Source: Flaccisagitta enflata (Eukaryota). Taken from it: a stretch of DNA of 64,000 nt. The position numbers and the translations under genes were made by a program. Where the stretch lies: assembly GCA_965153355.1 (NCBI GenBank), contig OZ231126.1:6200001-6264000 (forward strand), in the 5' to 3' direction. The notes beneath the pieces were generated by a model. That model worked only from the letters and a program-made list of their open reading frames with translations, made no database searches and was not told the DNA's origin. Below, one piece after another: positions 39,901 to 64,000 of the stretch (positions within the stretch are counted from its first letter, which is position 1; every line of letters begins with the position of its first letter).

Positions 39901-40403
39901 ATAATACTAAATGATGACGGGTTGGCCTGTATTTATGCATGATTGTGTCTTAGTGCCAGATAATCATTGTTTGCCTATTTTTTCACCCTAGCGGTGGTTT
40001 CAGACAAAAAAAACTGTCAAAAATGCCAATTTTACGGCATTTTACGGCATTTTAAAAAAATTTGAAGTAAAAAAATTTTCATTTTGATATGAAGTGATAA
40101 AGTAAACCACTCTCCATTATGACCGAGAATTTTTCTTGACCTATGAAAGCCTCCCCCGTGGCGTGCATGGCGTAGGCAGGAATCGTTTGACGCCCCCCCC
40201 TGTTCTGTCGACGCGGCGACTCGCCTGAGATCATCGATGAGAGTGAGTTGGTCGCAGAGCGGGCATTTGGGGATTCTGGAGACGTGGCGCCGGATGCAGG
40301 CGTCGCAGAATTCGTGTCCGCAAAGTGTCGTCGACGCCGGAAATGGAATCGGCGTCACGTGACAAATACCGCATCCGGAAGAAGACGCGCAAGAGCCAGA
40401 CAT
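35188..40403 (-). CDS. Uncharacterised RING-finger type II membrane protein with coiled-coil ectodomain and putative GPI signal (366 aa, tetherin-like topology)
   Basis: Exons 40225-40403 (C3HC4 RING; GC donor AG|GCGAGT), 37014-37278, 36416-36641, 35834-35993, 35188-35458. Phases 2/0/1/2 are all compatible; total 1101 nt with no internal stop. TM VTLFSFVAIVLFVIILCLLVIILAM follows RKKYKALKK; C-terminal hydrophobic tail FVSLHFLIIIQLAFSTFLMIP*. Confidence 0.7.
38045..39094 (+). mobile_element. Non-LTR retrotransposon ORF1-like protein (coiled coil + RRM-like region), intact ORF, no ORF2; nested antisense in intron 1 of the RING gene
   Basis: Uninterrupted ORF (ATG 38045). A long coiled coil is followed by RERKRNNIIIFG.QE, RPLVVKF and LRG...VIITHDMTKLE motifs typical of LINE ORF1 proteins. 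Internal 51-bp duplication FKAQVVKHQVASKTE(L/F)EA. Confidence 0.75.
39570..40169. mobile_element. 600-bp palindromic MITE in intron 1 of the RING gene
   Basis: TIR CATGCACGCCATGGGGGAGGCTTTCATAGGTCAAGAAAAATTCTCGG and its reverse complement at 40123-40169; internal ATGCCGTAAA repeats; no clear TSD. Confidence 0.85.
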
Positions 40404-43400
40404 GGTTGAGTTCTTGTTTAAGTTATGGGTGATGAATCAATTGATTCATGGGTGATAAATCGGTTGATTGGTGATAAAATCAATCAGTTGAATGATAAAC
40501 CAATTGACCCCAATTTTAATTGTGCTCAATCCATGGGGCCTTTATTCACCCGGTTGTGTTTCTAATATCTTCACGATTACTGCCGCGTTTGAAGGAGAGA
40601 TCTGCCCGCCAACAGTGAATATACCTCGCCAGCAATCCCACACACGCGTTACACGCCGTCGTGATTGCACTGCCAGTCTTTCTAAGTTGGCTGTGGATTC
40701 GTTCCTCCACAAACGCAATTTAAAACAGATGGACGCGGGCCGGCATCGAGTGATGTTTACACTTCATCACCGAGCCTCACGTGAATTGTACATAAATGTA
40801 TATAACTAGTTCATTTTTATGTATAATTGTATATAACTAAGCCATTTTTATTGCTCTGGATTTCCTTTTTACTCAAATCATTAGGTTCCACTTAGTTCGT
40901 GAATAAATGCAGCTTGCTTCCACCACACATTTTTTTTGTCTGTCACATTTTCTCCAGTTTTTTTTTCTCCTCTCAGAAGAACTGATTTACGCAATCCATC
41001 CTTAAAATCGAAAAAAAGGCTAAGTAAATGTACACATTTTTTTTTTTGACTCATCATGCAATCGCTTATTTTTCTTTCACTCCATTTTCTTCCCGCAAAA
41101 TGTTTCCAAAGGAAAGAAACAATCACACTCTCCCCCAAATATATAGCCAATTATATGACATAAAATTTTTTGTGAGAAAAAGGTTACGTTAAATGAGCAT
41201 TGCTTATTAAGCAATGACTTTTAAAAAAAAACAACATGTTGCTCCCTTATCAATAATTCACCTAGCTTTTTTTCCACTTATCAATAATTTCATATTCAGA
41301 CCGCGTCGATGGTAGAAAGATAGCTTTTTTCCCCGTCTGTAGCTTATGTAAGAATAAAATAATTGAAAATGTTTCATATGTTTCATAACAGTACAAGTCC
41401 TATCATTTGCGGTCTCTCTTTTGGTCACTGGCTATCGTCATCATCATCAATATGAACCCAATTTTATACCTTGCGGTTACTGTGAAGCTTATTTCTGGAA
41501 AGAGACCAGGCTTAAAGTGCTAACTTATAAGTCATGATAAATCTATAATGATAATTCAATATGGACTAAACATTTATTTAAGTTACTTATCAATATGATG
41601 TTATCCTACGAAATGCTCCTTTAGCTGCTTTAGGTAAGTCTTCCAAGTATTTTTAACACCGCAAACGTACTCAAACTCGACGGTCATCATTATGTATCGC
41701 TCATAGTTAATCTTTTTTAGAATGTATAATGTTTATTTCTAAGAATTAAGTAAAACTAAGTTTTCCATGTCTTCGAAAAGAACGCGTTAGACAAATCCTT
41801 TCTTTATAAAATTAGATAGTCGACAAAAAAAAAACGTTTTTTATTGCCCATGATTTGACTTAATGTAGAAATAGTACTTTGGTTCCATTGACAATTGGGT
41901 CTAAATAGTGGGAGAGAGAGAGAGAGAGAACATGCAAAGGAACGATCAACGTGTATCAAATATGCAAATTATATTCCGTTAAGAATCGAGAGACATATGT
42001 CGAAATAAATAATCCGGGTTTTTACTAGATCCACATTTATCTATACTCTATAGTGCAGGGTTTTTTTTTCATACTCGGAGAGAGAGAGAGAGAGAAAAAA
42101 ATGAGACAAATTTCGCTTCTTCTTATCAATACGTATGAGAGACTTAGTCTGGTAGAAGATACTTGCTTTCCTTGGAGCGATGATACAAGTACAAGATACT
42201 ACACGAATTAGAGACTTTTTTTTTCAAGCGGAAATAAGTTTTATTTGGCGTGATCAAACATAAACAGATAATCAAAAGAGAATCATTCTTGAAACAAGAT
42301 GTTGCCCCGCAAAAAATGATACTAAATGGAAAAGATAAAACGGTGTACAAAATAAAATCCAGAAGGCAGAACAAACGCTTTTTTTTTCTTTGTGGAGGGA
42401 CAAGAGGCGGGGTAAGGCAAAAGCTATGCCACGCCAGGGCATAGTAAAACCTTGCAAAACTAACATATATAACAAATTGCGTGAAGATGAGCGTGATCCC
42501 GTGGAAAAAAAAAGCCTTTGATTATTAATAATCGCAATGACACACAAAAGTATAAAAAGTCCTTTGCTTTTACTGAAGTGAAGGGAGGGAGAGAGAGAGA
42601 GAAAGAGAGAAAGAGAGAGAGAGGGAAAGAGAGGTATACACCTCTTCGCATTCAGACGAATACAGACAGAAGCAAACGTATCAAGACAAAACAGCGAGAG
42701 CAAACTAGATTCGGACAGGTCAGCATCAAGTCAGCGACATTATGGGACAAGATGAAGAGACAGCTGATCTCTAGTGTCAGAGATGGAAGAAAACACATAT
42801 CTATTAAGTGCGGTTAACATACATAAAATCTATGTTTCATCAATGATACATACAAATCAATGTCCGAGCAGCAAGGCAATGAATCAAAAAAATCAAACTG
42901 TTTTTCATGTGATTATATGTCATAGCTTTATAATTATATAAGCGTGGTGATGCGGATTCAACAGAAAGAGAACAATATTTTGGAGGGTAGAGAAGGGGAG
43001 AGGATCTTTGGTGACAGATAAAAGGAAATGAAACGAGGAGACATCTTGGGTACGGCAGAGAAAAGAGAGAGAGAGAGAGAGAGAGAGAGATGAAATAAAT
43101 AGCAAAAGCGAAGATGAAAATGATGGGAGATGTTCTGAAATTTTGATGTCCGAGATATTTCGCCAAATGGTTAATTTGTGGGTCCATTACTGAGTTAAGT
43201 GCACCCAATATAATATTCAAATGTTTAGCTAAATGGTTTTTTATGTTGCTGAAAATACGCGAACAGTACCAACCAGTAATCAAAATATCATCACAAAATC
43301 GGGGGGATATATCTTTTGATGAAAATTTCAAAGCTTTCCTTTTTCCCAAATAAAACTCCACTGACTGATTCAATAAGGCATCCAAATATTTTTTTACATT

Positions 43401-46400
43401 CGACTAGAAGGGGTTACAGACTTTCAACAAAATGTATGTAAGTGAAATATATTCAAAATCGTTAACAACGGACGCAATATCGTCGTTTTGACTGGTCATG
43501 TCAGTTTACAACTTATTCAAAATTGTGCTTGCGCTAAGGCAGATGTAAGACAGTTCCGTTTCTTCTTGGGATCGAAACATCGAGATAAATAAATTAGGAC
43601 CTTTGGCATTTTCCCATGGAATAATAAAAGATGTAGGGTTATGAAGTATCTGAATTCGCGTTTGAGTAGAAAAGCTACTTAATTGTCAAAATTTGACACC
43701 TCCCTGTGATTGTTAACGAGCAAAAGACGATAGAAACAAAACAAATGGATGAAGGTAAGAATGAATGCTCGACAGGAACATGAAAGAATATAACGTGTAG
43801 AAAGAAATCATCCTCAATATGCAAATGAGATTTGTTCTAATCATCAAGAACTGAGAACTAACGAGAATGCACATCTATGAGTGATCCCGCCACCAACTTA
43901 TAAACAGACTTCAGCGTGAGAATCGACAGAAAAATGGGAGAAGCGTCTCATCGGTCCATGGCATCAAGAGACAAGACAATATGACTGATGAAAGTTTCCA
44001 TCGCAATTTCAATAAAACTGTTGTGATGCGATCTTACTTAAAGCATTAAAGATATTTTCCCCATCTCGAGAGACGCAACAAAAAACGTGGATGTAAGCGG
44101 AAGTGCAGTCGTGGCAGTAAAAAAAGGAATCGTATGGAAAATGGCTGTCTCCAAAGCAGGCAGTTATATAGCCAAGTGTCCAAAGGATATAAGTCGAAGC
44201 TACCTTTTTTAGTCGCGGACACGCAACTCTATAAGAGCCTTTGTCCGTCCGTCCGTCCGTCAGCACGAGTCGAAAAGTGTGAAAACGCCCATTTACGCCC
44301 CTGCCCACCAATCCGCAACTGGTATTGGCCTTGTTTAACAACCCAAACAGATCCAAAAACTTCTTTCAAACAGCTCAACTGCGAGCAACAAACCAACTAA
44401 TGGTATTATGGTCAATTTCAGCCTCCCCTGACTAGGTCAAAGTGCACACAAAGGGACAACTTCATCAGTCAAATCATATTCTAGAAAAAAATTAAAACCA
44501 ATGAATCATAATTTTTATAAAAGAAACTATATCTTTAGTATATGTTATTGAATTATTTGCATTGAGAATCATCTATGTGTACAAAATCAGTTGGAAACAT
44601 TGAATGATATAAAAGAAAATTAGCCCCTATTCCTTGACTTGTCTCAGGTGAAAATTTCTTAATCTGCCTGTGAATGCAAAAATTTGCATTTGTAAAAACA
44701 TGCCCTTATTCTAAAAACATAACAAAAAGGCCATGTTTTTAGAAATGCAAATTTTCACATTCTGAGAGACTAAGAATTCACGCGAAATAACTTCCCAAAT
44801 TTGCCGCATGCTGCCCGTGTGCACCGCGACCTAACCTCCTTGTAACTTAAGTTATGAAGCCCTCTGGGGACGGCCCTAATCCATGTGTAGGCCGAAAAAA
44901 AAGTAAAACAAGACTCGAAATAAAGTATGACATTGTCAATCTCGAAAGATGATAGAATAGAAAGGTGTAACAAAATGAACGCTACCAGCAACATATTCCA
45001 GAAGCGACACCGACCTCTTCATTCCTAGTCTTTGCTGTACCCCTGCTTGGGATCCCTTCTTCAATTCTCCCCCCCCCCCCTTACTCCTTGTATGTAGTTC
45101 CCCTTACATCTTGTATAGTTCCCAACTTCCTCTAGCTGTCCCTCAAAATAGTTTTGTCCATTCCCCAAGTAGGCCTAAACAACTCTATGCTCGTAAAAAG
45201 AATCGGAAACCCGGGGTAGTTTTCACATATTTGTAATTTTGTCGTCCAGCTCGGAGTGAAGAGGTCGCGTGTTTTTTCGAGAGTATCAGTAAAATGGCAA
45301 GGCAAATCAAATTTGGTGAAAAACGGGGGCGGCGTTTCTTTGCTTAGGTGGGGGTAGAAGGGGTAGAAGGGCAAGCGGGATGATAACGGGAAAAAAAAGT
45401 ATATAAATCCCCGCACACATTTTTTTTTTCCTTCAATTTGAGATACTTTTTTTTAATATTCATGTATGTGATAACATTCTAAGTAAATGCAACAATTTTG
45501 TCATTTCCAGATGTGGATTTAAGACAGCGAAAAGAATGTGGGGGGGAGAGAGAAGAGGGGGACATTAGAAAGTATGAATTTCTATAATAACGACGGTTGA
45601 CTTTCTCATGTAAATATTCCATTTCGACGAAAAAGTCCGGAAAAATAAGCGGGCGAACAGTTCCCCTCTCGATGTAGCTCGGTAACGACTGGGAAGCGTC
45701 TCGATAGTTTTTCCTTTCATTTCTTTGGATTTGTCACATCGCGGACGTGTCAAATAAAAGAAGCTCGACCGTACCCAGTGGCCACAAAAACGTAAATACT
45801 ACCGGCATCGCAATGAAGGATTTTCGCATCCAAGACGCGCATTGTCCTCAACTACGACATCGCAGATGCGAGAGTTTGTCACATTCTTGGGAAAATCGCT
45901 ATTCCGGGAATGCGTCCACAATGTTACGTGTTAAGGTCGCACTCAACGTTGCATCCAAGATGCCACTGTGTTGCATCCCAGGGGGCATGGCAAGTACGCC
46001 ACCTTTCAGAGGCATCCAGCACTCGCAAGGCAACGCATCCATGACGCGCAATGCGGCGCATCCGGGACGCGTTTCTCCTTCGCAATCACAACCGGTAGTC
46101 AATCGAGAAATACACTTTTCATTATCTTCTTCCCTTTACTCGAGAGCGAGAGAGACCAATAAGAATCGCTTGCGGGAATCTCTTCTCAAATGCGCGTTAG
46201 CCTTTAAAGAGAGAGTGTGTAGTTCTTTTTGTAGGCGTGAGTCAGCCAGCGCGCACATAAACATGTTCCCTCTTTTTGTAGGCGTGAGTCAGCCAGCGCG
46301 CGCATAAACATGTTCCCTTTTTTTGCCGCGCAGCTCCTTTTAAAGAGGCTTCCCATTTATTTTTCCCTTTTACAAATGTAATCGTTAACACTATCTATAC

Positions 46401-46405
46401 ATATG

Positions 46406-64000
<17,595 letters not shown>

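Noticed and set aside
40032-40224. 123-aa single-exon RING ORF read-through
   Set aside because: Its C-terminal part is the TIR of the MITE at 39570-40169; a spliced model explains the locus better.
45747-46307. 186-aa ORF (also 42840-43385)
   Set aside because: No recognisable domain or supporting splice structure.

Overview
Repeat-rich, AT-rich animal (probably invertebrate) genomic DNA with spliceosomal introns; the species cannot be identified from this window. Five co-oriented minus-strand genes were assembled by hand. From right to left: a dual-domain receptor protein tyrosine phosphatase (5' end off window, stop 46406), an unnamed 5-exon gene (35188-40403), HECTD3 (22414-34041), a TNFAIP8/TIPE homolog (11938-21366) and Exo70/EXOC7 (ATG 9627, 3' end off window). 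Introns are packed with Helentron/HINE-like elements, TA-flanked MITEs, two large foldback palindromes (7.4 kb and 2.1 kb), a solo LINE ORF1-like gene and microsatellites. Most short ORFs in the track are translations of repeats. Two observations stand out. First, the unnamed gene splices into a 366-aa RING + PPxY + TM + coiled-coil + putative GPI-signal protein, which is tetherin/BST2-like topology fused to an E3 ligase domain. Second, about 11 tandem arrays copy exon-intron junctions ('splice-site echoes') across four genes.
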